Source of the DNA: a bacterium
Lineage (GTDB): Bacteria > Pseudomonadota > Gammaproteobacteria > Burkholderiales > Thiobacillaceae
Length of the DNA: 64,000 bases
Assembly: GCA_009772925.1 (NCBI GenBank)
Contig: WOUQ01000004.1
Span: forward strand, 18,592 to 82,591
Direction of reading: 5' to 3'
Within the stretch, counting starts at the first letter, position 1. Every line of letters starts with the position of its first letter. Below are positions 1 through 11,660 of the stretch, in pieces. The notes under the pieces were generated by a model. That model was not told where the DNA came from. It ran no database searches and saw only the letters and a list, made by a program, of their open reading frames with translations. The position numbers were made by a program, and so were the translations under genes.

Positions 1-132
1 CTGGCGCAAATGGATCGAGTCAACACCTTGCTGGAACTCATGGGCTACTGATACGGACCCGCTCGCAGACTTCGGTGTGAGCCACGCGGGCCGGAAACGC
101 ACGGTCCGGCACGCGATTCGGGGGGTGCTAGA

Positions 133-978
133 ATGCGGCCGCCAACAAGAACCAAAGCTGCTTCAGAACATCATTCCGTGTCGGACAACCTCATCGAAAT
201 TCGCGACCTTTCCTTTGCCTACAGCGATCGCATGGTGCTCAAGGGCATCAATCTGAGCGCCAGGCGGGGACAGGTCATTGCCATCATGGGCAACTCCGGT
301 TGCGGCAAGACCACGCTGCTGCGGCTCATCGGCGGCGCCATGCGACCGACTCAGGGCCTGCTGCGGGTGGATGGCGTCGACATGGGCGAGGTCGACCAGC
401 GCGGTCTCTACCGGCTGCGCCGGCGCATGGGCATGCTGTTCCAGTTCGGCGCCCTGTTCACCGACATGTCCGTTCTGGACAACGTGGCCTTCCAGTTGCG
501 CGAGCACACCGACCTGCCGGAGGAAATGATCCGCGATCTGGCGCTGATGAAGCTGAACGCGGTGGGCTTGCGTGGCGCCCAGGATCTCATGCCCTCCGAG
601 TTGTCGGGCGGCATGGCGCGGCGCGTGGCCCTGGCCCGATCCATCGCCCTGGATCCGGCCCTCATCCTTTATGACGAACCCTTCGCCGGCCTCGATCCGA
701 TCTCCCTGGGGGTGACCGGCAATCTCATCCGCCGCTTGACCGATACCCTGGGCATGACTTCCGTCGTCGTCACCCACGACGTCCACGAGTCGCTCAAGAT
801 GGTCGATTACATCTACTTCGTCTCGGAGGGGGTCATCGTCGCCCAGGGTACGCCGGACGAGATCAAGGCCTCCGAGCTCCCCTATGTGCACCAGTTTGTG
901 CACGGCGAGGAGGATGGCCCGGTTCCGTTTCACTATCCGGCGCCGTCCTACGCCGCCGATCTGGAGTTGTCCGCATGA
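133..978 (+). CDS. mlaF: Phospholipid ABC transporter ATP-binding protein MlaF
   Basis: 281-aa ORF with Walker [13 protein letters not shown] signature LSGGMARR and Walker B ILYDEP. ATGA overlap with the next gene. First gene of an mlaFEDCB-ordered set. Confidence 0.92.
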   Translation: MRPPTRTKAASEHHSVSDNLIEIRDLSFAYSDRMVLKGINLSARRGQVIAIMGNSGCGKTTLLRLIGGAMRPTQGLLRVDGVDMGEVDQRGLYRLRRRMGMLFQFGALFTDMSVLDNVAFQLREHTDLPEEMIRDLALMKLNAVGLRGAQDLMPSELSGGMARRVALARSIALDPALILYDEPFAGLDPISLGVTGNLIRRLTDTLGMTSVVVTHDVHESLKMVDYIYFVSEGVIVAQGTPDEIKASELPYVHQFVHGEEDGPVPFHYPAPSYAADLELSA

Positions 979-1769
979 TCAACGGCTTGCTCAACGGTGT
1001 GCGTCGCCTTGGCCACCGCGTGGTGGACATGTTGTGGCGCATGGGGGTGTCGACGCGCTTTTTCCTGCTGCTGCTGCTGCATTCCGGCCAGTGCTTCCGT
1101 CGCTTCCACCTGATTATCCGGGAGGTTTTTTCCACCGGCGTGCTCTCCCTCATCATCATTCTGGTGTCCGGCCTGTTTGTCGGCATGGTGCTCGGCCTGC
1201 AAGGCTACGAGACCCTGCAGACCTACGGTTCGGAGGAAGCCCTGGGCGTTCTGGTATCGCTCTCGCTGGTGCGCGAACTGGGGCCGGTGGTGGCCGCCCT
1301 GCTGTTCGCCAGCCGGGCAGGTTCCGCCATCACCGCCGAGATTGGCCTGATGAAGGCGACCGAGCAACTGGCGGCGATGGAGATGATGGCGGTGAACCCG
1401 ATCGCCCGGGTGGTGGCGCCGCGCTTTTGGGGCGGGGTGATATCCATGCCGCTGTTGGCGGCGCTCTTCTCCGCCATGGGCATCCTCGGCGGCTGGCTGG
1501 TCGGTGTGGTGCTGATCGGCGTCGACGAGGGCTCGTTCTGGTCGCAGATGCAGGCGGCCGTGGACTTCCGCGAGGACATCCTCAACGGCATGATCAAGAG
1601 CTTCGTGTTCGGCGTCGCGGTCACCACCATCGCCCTGTTCGAGGGCTATGACGCGCCGCCTACCGCCGAAGGCGTCTCCCGCGCCACCACCCGCACGGTG
1701 GTAACCTCGTCCCTGGCCATCCTCGGCCTGGATTTCATTCTTACCGCATTCATGTTCCGTGGAGTCTGA
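975..1769 (+). CDS. mlaE: Phospholipid ABC transporter permease MlaE
   Basis: 264-aa multi-TM ORF with MlaE/YrbE-type sequence ([27 protein letters not shown]). Translationally coupled to mlaF. Confidence 0.92.
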   Translation: MINGLLNGVRRLGHRVVDMLWRMGVSTRFFLLLLLHSGQCFRRFHLIIREVFSTGVLSLIIILVSGLFVGMVLGLQGYETLQTYGSEEALGVLVSLSLVRELGPVVAALLFASRAGSAITAEIGLMKATEQLAAMEMMAVNPIARVVAPRFWGGVISMPLLAALFSAMGILGGWLVGVVLIGVDEGSFWSQMQAAVDFREDILNGMIKSFVFGVAVTTIALFEGYDAPPTAEGVSRATTRTVVTSSLAILGLDFILTAFMFRGV

Positions 1770-1772
1770 TGC

Positions 1773-2255
1773 ATGCAGCGCGCAACCCTTGACCTCTGGG
1801 TCGGCTTCTTCGTGGCGGTGGGCCTCGCCGCCATGCTCTTCCTCGCCCTCAAGGTGGGCAACATGGGGGCCTTCGACAGCGCCAAGGCCTACGAGGTGAA
1901 GGCCTCGTTCGAGAACATCGGCGGGCTGAAGGCGCGTGCGCCGGTGAAAAGCGCCGGCGTGGTGGTGGGCCGAGTCGCGGATATCAGCTTCGATACGGGG
2001 ACCTACGAGGCCAGCGTGACCCTGAAGCTGGACTCGCGCTATCCCTTTCCCAAGGACTCCAGCGCGTCGATCATGACCTCGGGCCTGCTGGGCGAACAGT
2101 ATGTCGCCCTGGAGGCGGGCGGAGACGACAAGATGCTGGCCAACGGCGACCGGCTCAAACTGACCCAGGGCGCCGTGGTGCTGGAGAACCTCATCGGCCA
2201 GTTTCTCTACAACAAGGCCGAGGGCGAAGGCAAAGCCGAAAATTCGGCTCAATAA
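1773..2255 (+). CDS. mlaD: MCE-domain outer membrane lipid asymmetry protein MlaD
   Basis: 160 aa with an N-terminal TM helix followed by an MCE-like domain. Position in the mla order. Confidence 0.9.
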   Translation: MQRATLDLWVGFFVAVGLAAMLFLALKVGNMGAFDSAKAYEVKASFENIGGLKARAPVKSAGVVVGRVADISFDTGTYEASVTLKLDSRYPFPKDSSASIMTSGLLGEQYVALEAGGDDKMLANGDRLKLTQGAVVLENLIGQFLYNKAEGEGKAENSAQ

Positions 2256-2357
2256 CGCGACAGTTGCGGGCCGATCCCTTGGCCGGACCGTGCATGGGGT
2301 TGACCCGCCCCGGCTTCCTGTGGAAAGTGGGGCGACCGCAGACATGAGACAGCAACC

Positions 2358-2981
2358 ATGAATCGAGCAAGCAGACTATTCCTGGCCGCCGCGCTGGGCC
2401 TGATGACCGTGGCCACGCAGGCCCAGGCCCTGGCCCCCGACGCGCTGGCACGCAATACCACCAACGAGGTGCTGAGCATCCTCAAGCAGGACAAGGAACT
2501 GCGTAACGGCAACAGCCGCAAGATCCTCGCCCTGGTGGAACAGAAGATCCTGCCGAATTTCGATTTCCGGCAGATGACGCAGCTGGCGGTGGGCCGTAAC
2601 TGGTCGAAGGCTTCGCCCGAGCAGCAAGAGCGGCTGGTGGAGGAGTTCAAGACCCTGCTGGTGCGGACCTACTCGGCTTCCCTGACCAGCGTGCTGGATT
2701 ACAAGATCGAATTCCTGCCCCTGCGTATGGCGCCGGGAGCCAGCGAGGTGACCGTCAATACCGTGGTGAGCAAGTCCGGCGCTCCGCCGTTGCCCATCGA
2801 TTACCGCATGGAGAGGCAGGACAACGCCTGGAAGGTGTTCGATGTGCTGGTCGAGGGCGTCAGCCTGGTCACGGTGTATCGCAATTCCTTCACTTCTGAA
2901 GTGCGCAAGGGCGGCATCGACGGACTCGTTGCCACACTCAGCCGCCGCAACCAGCAGCAGGCCGCCGTGGCGGGACCCTGA
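2358..2981 (+). CDS. mlaC: Periplasmic phospholipid-binding protein MlaC (Ttg2D family)
   Basis: 207 aa with a signal peptide (LMTVATQAQALAP) and toluene-tolerance Ttg2D-like sequence. Position in the mla order. Confidence 0.88.
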   Translation: MNRASRLFLAAALGLMTVATQAQALAPDALARNTTNEVLSILKQDKELRNGNSRKILALVEQKILPNFDFRQMTQLAVGRNWSKASPEQQERLVEEFKTLLVRTYSASLTSVLDYKIEFLPLRMAPGASEVTVNTVVSKSGAPPLPIDYRMERQDNAWKVFDVLVEGVSLVTVYRNSFTSEVRKGGIDGLVATLSRRNQQQAAVAGP

Positions 2982-3244
2982 TGCGCGTGCATGAAGGCGT
3001 CGCCGCTTTCGAAGGCGACCTCATCCTGGACCAGGCCAGCCGCCTGTTGGCGGAGGCCGAAGCCGCCCTGGCGCAAGGCGCCATGGTGTTCGACTTCTCA
3101 CGGGTGGGCCACATGGATTCCTCGGCCCTGAGCCTGATGCTGTCCCTGCGGCGCCGCGCCGCGGGCCGGTCCATCGAGTTCCGCGCCGTGCCCGAGAGTC
3201 TGAGCAGCCTCGCCAAACTCTACGGCATCGCCGACCAGTTGTAA
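2981..3244 (+). CDS. mlaB: STAS-domain protein MlaB
   Basis: 87-aa STAS/anti-sigma-antagonist-like ORF. TGATG overlap with mlaC. Confidence 0.8.
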   Translation: MRVHEGVAAFEGDLILDQASRLLAEAEAALAQGAMVFDFSRVGHMDSSALSLMLSLRRRAAGRSIEFRAVPESLSSLAKLYGIADQL

Positions 3245-3255
3245 GTTTTCCCGCC

Positions 3256-4167
3256 ATGAACGTCGCCGTCCGCCTGCGCGGCCTGGACAAGCGATTCGCG
3301 CGGGTTCATGCCCTGCGCGGCGTCGACCTGGACATCGTGGAGGGCGAATTCTTCGCTCTGTTGGGGCCCAATGGCGCCGGCAAGACCACCCTCATCAGCA
3401 TCCTTGCCGGTCTCACCCGCGCCACGGCGGGCAGCGCCGAGGTCATGGGCCACGATGTGGTGGCCGACTACCGGGATGCCCGCCGCGCACTCGGTGTGGT
3501 ACCGCAGGAACTGGTGTACGACCCCTTCTTCACGGTGCGCGAGACCCTGCGCTTCCAGTCGGGCTACTTCGGCTTGCGTTTCAACGACGACTGGATTGAC
3601 GAACTCCTCGCCCACCTGGCGCTGACCGACAAGGCCGATACCTACACGCGCCAGCTATCCGGCGGCATGAAGCGGCGGGTGCTGGTGGCCCAGGCGCTGG
3701 TGCACAAGCCGCCGGTCATCGTCCTCGACGAGCCCACCGCCGGCGTCGACGTGGAACTGCGGCAATCCCTGTGGGCCTTCATCCGCCGCCTGAATCGCGA
3801 CGGCCACACCATCATGCTGACCACCCATTACCTGGACGAGGCCGAGAGCCTGTGCGAGCGGGTCGCCATGCTGAAGGAAGGCCGGGTCATCGCCCTGGAC
3901 CGCACGGAGAACCTACTCAGGACCGGGGGCGGGCGCCGCCTGAGCCTCGAACTGGAGCCGGCGCGCTTGCCCGAAGGCCTGCTGCCGCGCCTGATCGGCA
4001 GGGAAGGGGAGCGTTTCGTGCTGGACCTGCCCGATTACGGCGAATTGGAGAACACCCTCGCGGCCTTGCGGCAATCCGGCATCGCCGTGCGCGACATGAA
4101 CCTGGGCCAGGTCGACCTGGAAGAAGTCTTTCTGCGCCTGATGCGCCAGGGTCCGGGGGCGGCATGA
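3256..4167 (+). CDS. ABC-2 type transporter ATP-binding protein (YadG-like)
   Basis: Walker A GPNGAGKTT, signature LSGGMKRR, Walker B IVLDEPT. Coupled to an ABC-2 permease. Confidence 0.9.
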   Translation: MNVAVRLRGLDKRFARVHALRGVDLDIVEGEFFALLGPNGAGKTTLISILAGLTRATAGSAEVMGHDVVADYRDARRALGVVPQELVYDPFFTVRETLRFQSGYFGLRFNDDWIDELLAHLALTDKADTYTRQLSGGMKRRVLVAQALVHKPPVIVLDEPTAGVDVELRQSLWAFIRRLNRDGHTIMLTTHYLDEAESLCERVAMLKEGRVIALDRTENLLRTGGGRRLSLELEPARLPEGLLPRLIGREGERFVLDLPDYGELENTLAALRQSGIAVRDMNLGQVDLEEVFLRLMRQGPGAA

Positions 4168-4925
4168 TCGGCGTTGGCTTCCGCACCCTGCTGTACAAGG
4201 AAATCCTGCGCTTCATGAAGGTGCTGGTGCAGACGGTGGGCGCCCCGGTGCTCACGGCCCTGCTCTACCTGCTGATCTTTTCCCACGTGCTGGAGGCGCA
4301 CGTCCAGGTCTACCCCGGTGTCAGCTACACCGCCTTCCTGATGCCCGGCCTGATCATGATGTCGCTGCTGCAGAACGCCTTCGCCAATGCCTCGTCTTCC
4401 CTGATCCAGTCCAAGATCACCGGCAACATCGTGTTCGTGCTGCTGCCGCCTATCTCCTACCTGGAGTTTTTCCTGGCCTACCTCATCGCCGCCCTCATCC
4501 GCGGCTTTGCCGTGGGCCTGGGGGTGTTGCTGGTGGGCCTGTTCTTCGCCGACATCGAAATGCGCCATCCGGCGTGGATCCTCGCCTTCGCCCTGACCTC
4601 GGGCGCGGTGTTCGCTTGCCTCGGCATCCTGGCCGGGATCTGGGCCAACCAGTACGACAACCTGGCGGCGGTACAGAACTTCCTGATCATGCCGCTGACC
4701 TTCCTGTCCGGCGTGTTCTATTCGATCCATTCCCTGCCGCCCTTCTGGCAGGGGGTATCCCACCTCAACCCGGTGTTCTTCATGATCGACGGCTTTCGCT
4801 ATGGCTTCTTCGGCCAGGGTGACGTCGATCCCTGGCTGAGCCTGGCGGTGGTGACGCCATTCGTCGTGCTGCTTGCCGCCCTGACTTTGAGGATGTTGAA
4901 GTCGGGCTATAAACTTCGCCATTGA
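4164..4925 (+). CDS. ABC-2 type transporter permease (YadH-like)
   Basis: Track ORF 3771-4925 trimmed to ATG 4164 (ATGA overlap with the ATPase). About 253 aa, roughly 6 TM, begins MIGVGFRTLLYKEILRF. Confidence 0.88.
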   Translation: MIGVGFRTLLYKEILRFMKVLVQTVGAPVLTALLYLLIFSHVLEAHVQVYPGVSYTAFLMPGLIMMSLLQNAFANASSSLIQSKITGNIVFVLLPPISYLEFFLAYLIAALIRGFAVGLGVLLVGLFFADIEMRHPAWILAFALTSGAVFACLGILAGIWANQYDNLAAVQNFLIMPLTFLSGVFYSIHSLPPFWQGVSHLNPVFFMIDGFRYGFFGQGDVDPWLSLAVVTPFVVLLAALTLRMLKSGYKLRH

Positions 4926-4943
4926 CCTTCCGCGAGCATTTTC

Positions 4944-6444
<1,501 letters not shown>

Positions 6445-6509
6445 GAAACCAGGCAAGGCAGGACGTGTACGTGCTAGGATGTAACCATGTACATCATGCG
6501 AGGTTTGCC

Positions 6510-6755
6510 ATGGAAACCGTCACCCTCACCGCCTTGAGGCAAAACATCTTTCAGCTTGCAGATCAGGTTCTTGAAACCGGCGAGCCGGTGGTCATCGAAC
6601 GCAATGGCCGGCACTTGCTGCTGGTCGCCGAGCGCCCCAGGCTGGATCTCAGTAAATTGCCGCGCCGCAAGCTGTTCAACGGCGACCCCGAGGAACTCGT
6701 AAACGCCAAAACCTGGGATGAAACCGAATGGGGCGAACCGAACAACCTCGGCTAG
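6510..6755 (+). CDS. Type II antitoxin, Phd/YefM family
   Basis: ORF 6465-6755 trimmed to ATG 6510 (METVTLTALRQNIFQLADQV...). 81 aa. Overlaps the downstream PIN gene. Confidence 0.75.
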   Translation: METVTLTALRQNIFQLADQVLETGEPVVIERNGRHLLLVAERPRLDLSKLPRRKLFNGDPEELVNAKTWDETEWGEPNNLG

Positions 6756-7126
6756 TCCACCTCGACACCCATGTGGTGATCTGGCTCTATGAGGGCAGGG
6801 ACGAGCAATTTTCACCTGCGGCAAGGGCCTACATCGAGCGAGGCCCGTGTTGCATTTCACCCATGGTGCGACTGGAGTTGCAGTACCTCTATGAGGTCGG
6901 CCGCAATGACCTCGATGCCGAGACCGTTCTGACTGCGCTGCGCCAGATCATGGACCTCGGCATCGCTCGCGCAGATTTCGATGCGGTCGTGCAGTCGGCG
7001 CTGTTGCTCACCTGGACGCGCGATGCCTTTGATCGTTTGATTGCCGCAAACGCCCAGCACGACGGTGCCTTGCTGGTCACACGTGACCAGCGGATCAGGG
7101 AGCACTTTGCGGGGGCGGTGTGGTGA
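6728..7126 (+). CDS. vapC: Type II toxin, PIN-domain ribonuclease VapC
   Basis: 132 aa with the PIN acidic residues in VHLDTH, RLELQ, TRDAFD and VTRDQ. 28-nt overlap with the antitoxin gene. Confidence 0.8.
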   Translation: MGRTEQPRLVHLDTHVVIWLYEGRDEQFSPAARAYIERGPCCISPMVRLELQYLYEVGRNDLDAETVLTALRQIMDLGIARADFDAVVQSALLLTWTRDAFDRLIAANAQHDGALLVTRDQRIREHFAGAVW

Positions 7127-7186
7127 GGCCAGAAGACAAAAATCGGGGGACGGGCGTTTGTATGAATAGTTTTTGTTAGGATTTTT

Positions 7187-7831
7187 ATGAGTCAAATCAC
7201 CCTGGCCCTGTCGAAGGGCCGCATCTTCGACGAGACCCTGCCCCTGCTGGCGGCGGCGGGCATCACGCCGAGCGAGAGCCCGGAAACCTCGCGCAAGCTC
7301 ATCATCGGCACCAACCGGCCGGACGTGCGCCTGATCATCGTGCGCGCCACCGACGTGCCCACCTACGTCCAGCACGGCGCCGCCGACCTGGGGATATCCG
7401 GCAAGGACGTGCTCATCGAGCACGGCGGCGAGGGCCTGTACCAGCCGGTGGACCTGCACATCGCCAAGTGCCGGATGATGGTCGCCACGCCGCTGGGCTT
7501 CGACTACGAGGCCGCCGTGCGCCGGGGCGCCCGCCTGCGCGTGGCCACCAAGTACGTGCAGACCGCCCGCCTGCATTTCGCGCGGAAGGGCGTGCACGTG
7601 GACCTCATCAAGCTCTACGGTTCCATGGAGTTGGCGCCCCTGGTGGGACTGGCCGACGTCATCGTGGATTTGGTCTCCACCGGTGGCACCCTCAAGGCCA
7701 ACAATCTGGTGGCGGTGGAGGAGATCATGAGCATCAGCTCCCGCCTGGTGGTCAACCAGGCGGCCATGAAGCTCAAGCACGACACCCTGCAACCCATCAT
7801 CGAGGCCTTCCGGGGGGCGGTGCGACCTTGA
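7187..7831 (+). CDS. hisG: ATP phosphoribosyltransferase (short form)
   Basis: 214-aa HisG-S sequence. Heads the his gene string. Confidence 0.95.
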   Translation: MSQITLALSKGRIFDETLPLLAAAGITPSESPETSRKLIIGTNRPDVRLIIVRATDVPTYVQHGAADLGISGKDVLIEHGGEGLYQPVDLHIAKCRMMVATPLGFDYEAAVRRGARLRVATKYVQTARLHFARKGVHVDLIKLYGSMELAPLVGLADVIVDLVSTGGTLKANNLVAVEEIMSISSRLVVNQAAMKLKHDTLQPIIEAFRGAVRP

Positions 7832-7946
7832 GTTGAATCCGGAAAATCCGGCATCCCAACCCTTGCCGCACTGCGGCATGGCTATAATTCGACTTCCGCC
7901 GGACTTCCTTGTCACGCTCCCCAAATCTCCGCCGAGAGCCCCGATC

Positions 7947-9254
7947 ATGACCGACGTCACCATGACCCGACTCGATGCCGCCGCCCCCGACTTCCGGGCG
8001 CGCCTCGCGTCGCTGCTGGCCTTCAACGATGCCACCGACAGCGCCGTGCAGAACGCCGTCTCCGACATCCTGGTCGGGGTGCGCGCCCGCGGCGACGCGG
8101 CGGTGCTGGAATACACCGCCCGCTTCGATCGCCTGAACGCGCCGGACATGGCCAGCCTGGAACTGAGCAAGGCCGACCTGGAAGCGGCCCGGGAGAAACT
8201 GCCTCTGCGCCTGGAAAAGGCCCTGAAGGCCGCCGCCGAGCGGGTCCGCGTCTACCACGAGCGGCAGCGCCTGGAATCCTGGACCTACACCGAGCCGGAC
8301 GGCACCGTGCTGGGCCAGCAGGTCACGGCCCTGGACCGGGTCGGTTTGTACGTGCCCGGCGGCAAGGCCGCCTATCCCTCCTCCGTGCTGATGAACGCCA
8401 TTCCCGCCAAGGTGGCCGGGGTGAAGGAACTCATCATGGTGGTGCCGACTCCCGACGGGGTGCGCAACGACCTGGTGCTGGCGGCGGCCCTGGTATCTGG
8501 CGTCGACCGCGTGTTCACCATCGGTGGCGCCCAGGCGGTGGCGGCCCTGGCCTACGGCACCGCCAGCATCCCCCAGGTCGACAAGATCGTCGGCCCCGGC
8601 AACGCTTACGTGGCCGAGGCCAAGCGCCGGGTGTTCGGCATCGTCGGCATCGACATGATCGCCGGTCCCTCGGAAATCCTGGTGATCTGCGACGGCAAGA
8701 CCGATCCGGACTGGATCGCCATGGACCTGTTCTCCCAGGCCGAGCACGACGAACTGGCCCAGTCCATCCTCATCTCCCCCGACGCCGCATTCCTGGACGC
8801 GGTGCAGGCCAGCGTGAAGAAACTGCTGCCCACCCTGCCGCGCCAGGACGTGATCTCCGCCTCCATCGGCAACCGTGGCGGCCTGATCCTGTGCCGCGAC
8901 CTGGCCGAGGCCGCCGAGATCGCCAATTTCATCGCCCCGGAACACCTGGAACTGTCGGTGGCAGACCCCGACGCCATGCTGCCCCTGATTCGCCACGCCG
9001 GCGCCATCTTCATGGGCCGCAACACTTGCGAGGCCCTGGGCGACTACTGCGCCGGCCCCAACCACGTCCTGCCCACCTCGCGTACGGCGCGTTTCTCTTC
9101 GCCTCTGGGGGTGTACGACTTCCAGAAGCGCTCCAGCCTGATCCATGTCTCCGAGCAGGGCGCCAGGAGCCTGGGCGAGATCGCCACCGCCCTGGCCTAT
9201 GGCGAGGGCTTGCAGGCGCACGGCCGTTCCGCCGAATACCGGATGGGGCACTGA
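7947..9254 (+). CDS. hisD: Histidinol dehydrogenase
   Basis: ORF 7833-9254 trimmed to ATG 7947 ([10 protein letters not shown]...). 435 aa, typical HisD length and sequence. Confidence 0.95.
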   Translation: MTDVTMTRLDAAAPDFRARLASLLAFNDATDSAVQNAVSDILVGVRARGDAAVLEYTARFDRLNAPDMASLELSKADLEAAREKLPLRLEKALKAAAERVRVYHERQRLESWTYTEPDGTVLGQQVTALDRVGLYVPGGKAAYPSSVLMNAIPAKVAGVKELIMVVPTPDGVRNDLVLAAALVSGVDRVFTIGGAQAVAALAYGTASIPQVDKIVGPGNAYVAEAKRRVFGIVGIDMIAGPSEILVICDGKTDPDWIAMDLFSQAEHDELAQSILISPDAAFLDAVQASVKKLLPTLPRQDVISASIGNRGGLILCRDLAEAAEIANFIAPEHLELSVADPDAMLPLIRHAGAIFMGRNTCEALGDYCAGPNHVLPTSRTARFSSPLGVYDFQKRSSLIHVSEQGARSLGEIATALAYGEGLQAHGRSAEYRMGH

Positions 9255-9327
9255 CCGACACGAGAAGCCGCCCGAGGGCGCCCCGCGCCCTTCGGAATCC
9301 GGTATCTTTCGGGCTCGCGCCCACGCC

Positions 9328-10401
9328 ATGACCCCCGAACAGCTCATCCGCCCCGACATCCTGGCCCTGTCCGCCTACCACGTCGCCGACGCCGGCGGCC
9401 TGGTGAAGCTGGATGCCATGGAGAACCCCTACCGGTTACCGGAAGCGCTGCGCTGGGAACTGGGTGGCCTGCTCGCCGACGCGCCCGTCAACCGCTATCC
9501 GGATCCGTGCGGCCGCGAGCTCCAGCAGGCCCTGCGCCGAGCCTTCGGCTTTGCCGCCGAACACGACATCCTGCTGGGCAATGGCTCCGACGAGTTGATC
9601 CAGATCCTGGCCATGGCGCTGGCCAAGCCCGGCGCCACTCTGCTGGCGGTGGAGCCCTCCTTCGTCATGTATCGCCTGATCGCCGGCTTCACCGGCATGC
9701 GTTACGCGGGAGTGCCCCTGCGGCCGGATTTCTCGCTCGACGAGGCCGCCATGCTGGAGGCTCTGGAGCGCGAGGAGCCGGTCCTGACCTTCCTGGCCTA
9801 TCCGAACAATCCCACCGGCAACGCCTTCGCGCGCGATGCCCTGGATCGCATCATCCGCGCCGCGCCGGGGCTGGTGGTGGTGGACGAGGCCTATCACGCC
9901 TTCGCCGGCGGGCTGTCGGTGATGGATGCCCTGGGCCACCATGACAACCTGCTGCTGCTGCGCACCGTCTCCAAGCTGGGCCTGGCGGGTCTGCGTCTGG
10001 GCATGCTGGTGGGCGCGCCGGCCTGGATCCGCGAGCTCGACAAGGTCCGGCTCCCCTATAATGTCAACGTCCTGACCCAGGTGGCGGCCCGTTATGCCCT
10101 GGACCATGTGGACACGCTGGAAGCCCAGGCGGCCATGCTGGTCGAGGAACGCGGGCGGCTGATGTGTGCGTTGTCCGCGTTGGCAGGTGTGCAGGTGTAC
10201 GACAGCGCCGCGAATTTCATCCTCTTCCGGGTGGCCGAAGCGGTCCGCGTGTGCTCCGGCATCCAGGCGCGCGGCGTGCTGATCAAGAATCTGCACGGCA
10301 GCCATCCCCTGCTGGACAACTGTCTGCGGGTGACCGTGGGCGCGCCGGAAGAGAACGCAGCCTTCCTCGCCGCCCTGGGCGCCGAGTTGAAAACCGAGTA
10401 G
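9328..10401 (+). CDS. hisC: Histidinol-phosphate aminotransferase
   Basis: ORF 9145-10401 trimmed to ATG 9328 (MTPEQLIRPDILALSAY). 357 aa, class-II aminotransferase with the PLP lysine context RTVSKLG. Confidence 0.93.
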   Translation: MTPEQLIRPDILALSAYHVADAGGLVKLDAMENPYRLPEALRWELGGLLADAPVNRYPDPCGRELQQALRRAFGFAAEHDILLGNGSDELIQILAMALAKPGATLLAVEPSFVMYRLIAGFTGMRYAGVPLRPDFSLDEAAMLEALEREEPVLTFLAYPNNPTGNAFARDALDRIIRAAPGLVVVDEAYHAFAGGLSVMDALGHHDNLLLLRTVSKLGLAGLRLGMLVGAPAWIRELDKVRLPYNVNVLTQVAARYALDHVDTLEAQAAMLVEERGRLMCALSALAGVQVYDSAANFILFRVAEAVRVCSGIQARGVLIKNLHGSHPLLDNCLRVTVGAPEENAAFLAALGAELKTE

Positions 10402-10419
10402 GGAAGCAGGAACACCGAC

Positions 10420-11010
10420 ATGCCGCGAATCGCCGAAGTGCAGCGCAACACGCTGGAAACCCGCATCACCGTCAAGCTCAACCTCGACGGTGCTGGCCGC
10501 TGCGCGTTCCGCACCGGTCTGCCCTTCCTGGAGCACATGCTGGATCAGGTCGGCCGGCATGGCCTGATCGATCTGGATATCGACGCCGAGGGCGATCTGC
10601 ATATCGATGCCCATCACACCGCTGAGGATATCGGCATCACCCTCGGACAGGCCGTGGCCCGTGCCCTCGGCGACAAGAAGGGCATTCGCCGCTACGGCCA
10701 CGCCTACGTGCCCCTGGACGAGGCCCTCTCGCGTGTGGTGATCGACCTCTCCGGTCGGCCCGGCCTGGAATTCCACGTGGCATTCAGCCGCGCCCGCATC
10801 GGCGACTTCGACGTCGACCTGTTCCGCGAGTTCTTCCAGGGTTTCGTCAACCATGCCGGCGTCACCCTGCACGTCGACTGCCTGCGCGGTGTCAACGCCC
10901 ACCATCAGGCGGAAACCGTGTTCAAGGCCTTCGGCCGCGCCCTGCGCATGGCGGTGGAGGCCGACGCGCGTCTGGGTGATGCCATGCCCTCGACGAAGGG
11001 CTCGCTGTAA
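10420..11010 (+). CDS. hisB: Imidazoleglycerol-phosphate dehydratase
   Basis: 196-aa monofunctional IGPD sequence ([25 protein letters not shown]). Confidence 0.96.
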   Translation: MPRIAEVQRNTLETRITVKLNLDGAGRCAFRTGLPFLEHMLDQVGRHGLIDLDIDAEGDLHIDAHHTAEDIGITLGQAVARALGDKKGIRRYGHAYVPLDEALSRVVIDLSGRPGLEFHVAFSRARIGDFDVDLFREFFQGFVNHAGVTLHVDCLRGVNAHHQAETVFKAFGRALRMAVEADARLGDAMPSTKGSL

Positions 11011-11657
11011 TGCCGGACATCGCCGTCGTCGACTACGGCATGGGCAATCTGCATTCGGTGCGCAAGGCCCTGGAGCACGTGGCCCCCGGCGCCGAGGTGG
11101 TGGTCACCGACGATGCCGCCCTGATTTCCGCCGCCGCCCGCGTGGTCTTTCCCGGCCAGGGCGCGGCGCCGGACTGCATGGCGGAGATCGAAGCCCACGG
11201 CCTGCGCGCGGCCATCCTCCGGGCGGCCGCGGACAAACCCTTCCTGGGCATCTGCATGGGCCTGCAGGTGCTGTTCAGCCACAGCGACGAGGGTGACACG
11301 CCCTGTCTGGGGCTCATCTCTGGCGACGTGCGGCGCTTCCCCGACGCCGCTATGCGCGATGCCGCCGGCAACAAGCTGAAGGTGCCGCACATGGGCTGGA
11401 ACAACGTCCGCCAGAGCATGCGCCATCCCCTGTGGAACGGCATCGAGGACGGCGCGCGCTTCTACTTCGTGCACAGCTACTACGCGCTGCCGGCCGAGCC
11501 CGGCGTCACCGCCGGCGAGAGCAGCTACCCTTTCCCCTTCACCTGCGCAGTGGCCCGCGGCAACCTGTTCGCGGTGCAGTTCCACCCCGAGAAAAGCGCG
11601 GCCGCGGGGCTGCGTCTCCTACAAAATTTTGTGTCCTGGGACGGCAATCCGAGGTAA
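11010..11657 (+). CDS. hisH: Imidazole glycerol phosphate synthase, glutaminase subunit
   Basis: 215-aa class-I amidotransferase (GICMGLQ catalytic Cys, VQFHPEKS). TAATG overlap with hisB. Confidence 0.96.
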   Translation: MPDIAVVDYGMGNLHSVRKALEHVAPGAEVVVTDDAALISAAARVVFPGQGAAPDCMAEIEAHGLRAAILRAAADKPFLGICMGLQVLFSHSDEGDTPCLGLISGDVRRFPDAAMRDAAGNKLKVPHMGWNNVRQSMRHPLWNGIEDGARFYFVHSYYALPAEPGVTAGESSYPFPFTCAVARGNLFAVQFHPEKSAAAGLRLLQNFVSWDGNPR

Positions 11658-11660
11658 GCC

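Noticed and set aside
1-51. Window-edge coding fragments: the 3' end of a plus-strand gene at 1-51 (...LAQMDRVNTLLELMGY*) and the 3' end of a minus-strand gene at 63914-64000.
   Set aside because: They are too short (16 and 29 codons) to assign a family or even to confirm that they are coding.
948-2345. Long antisense or alternate-frame ORFs throughout the track. Examples: 948-2345(-), 5044-6456(-), 6857-8170(-), 7797-9359(-), 9436-10905(-), 18658-20445(-), 23419-24939(-), 27335-29050(+), 32452-33801(+), 34285-36213(+), 42495-43793(-), 44057-45667(-), 53855-55270(-), 57638-59326(-), 59226-60659(-), 62738-63877(-).
   Set aside because: Each lies opposite or out of frame to a gene with strong family motifs. 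Their translations are Arg/Gly/Ala/Pro/His-rich low-complexity strings with no recognisable domains. Stop-free stretches of this kind are expected in GC-rich DNA.
3771-4163. N-terminal extensions of many track ORFs. Examples: 3771-4163, 7833-7946, 9145-9327, 13081-13200, 18844-19059, 23131-23259, 29905-30243, 30913-31269, 34553-35368, 53016-53273, 57152-57676, 59001-59231.
   Set aside because: The extensions overlap the preceding gene, are low-complexity Arg/Pro/Ala-rich, and precede an internal start that restores the canonical family N-terminus, often with ATGA or TAATG coupling.
7127-7186. Possible histidine leader-peptide attenuator upstream of hisG.
   Set aside because: The 60-nt spacer holds no His-codon run, no small ORF and no alternative hairpins.
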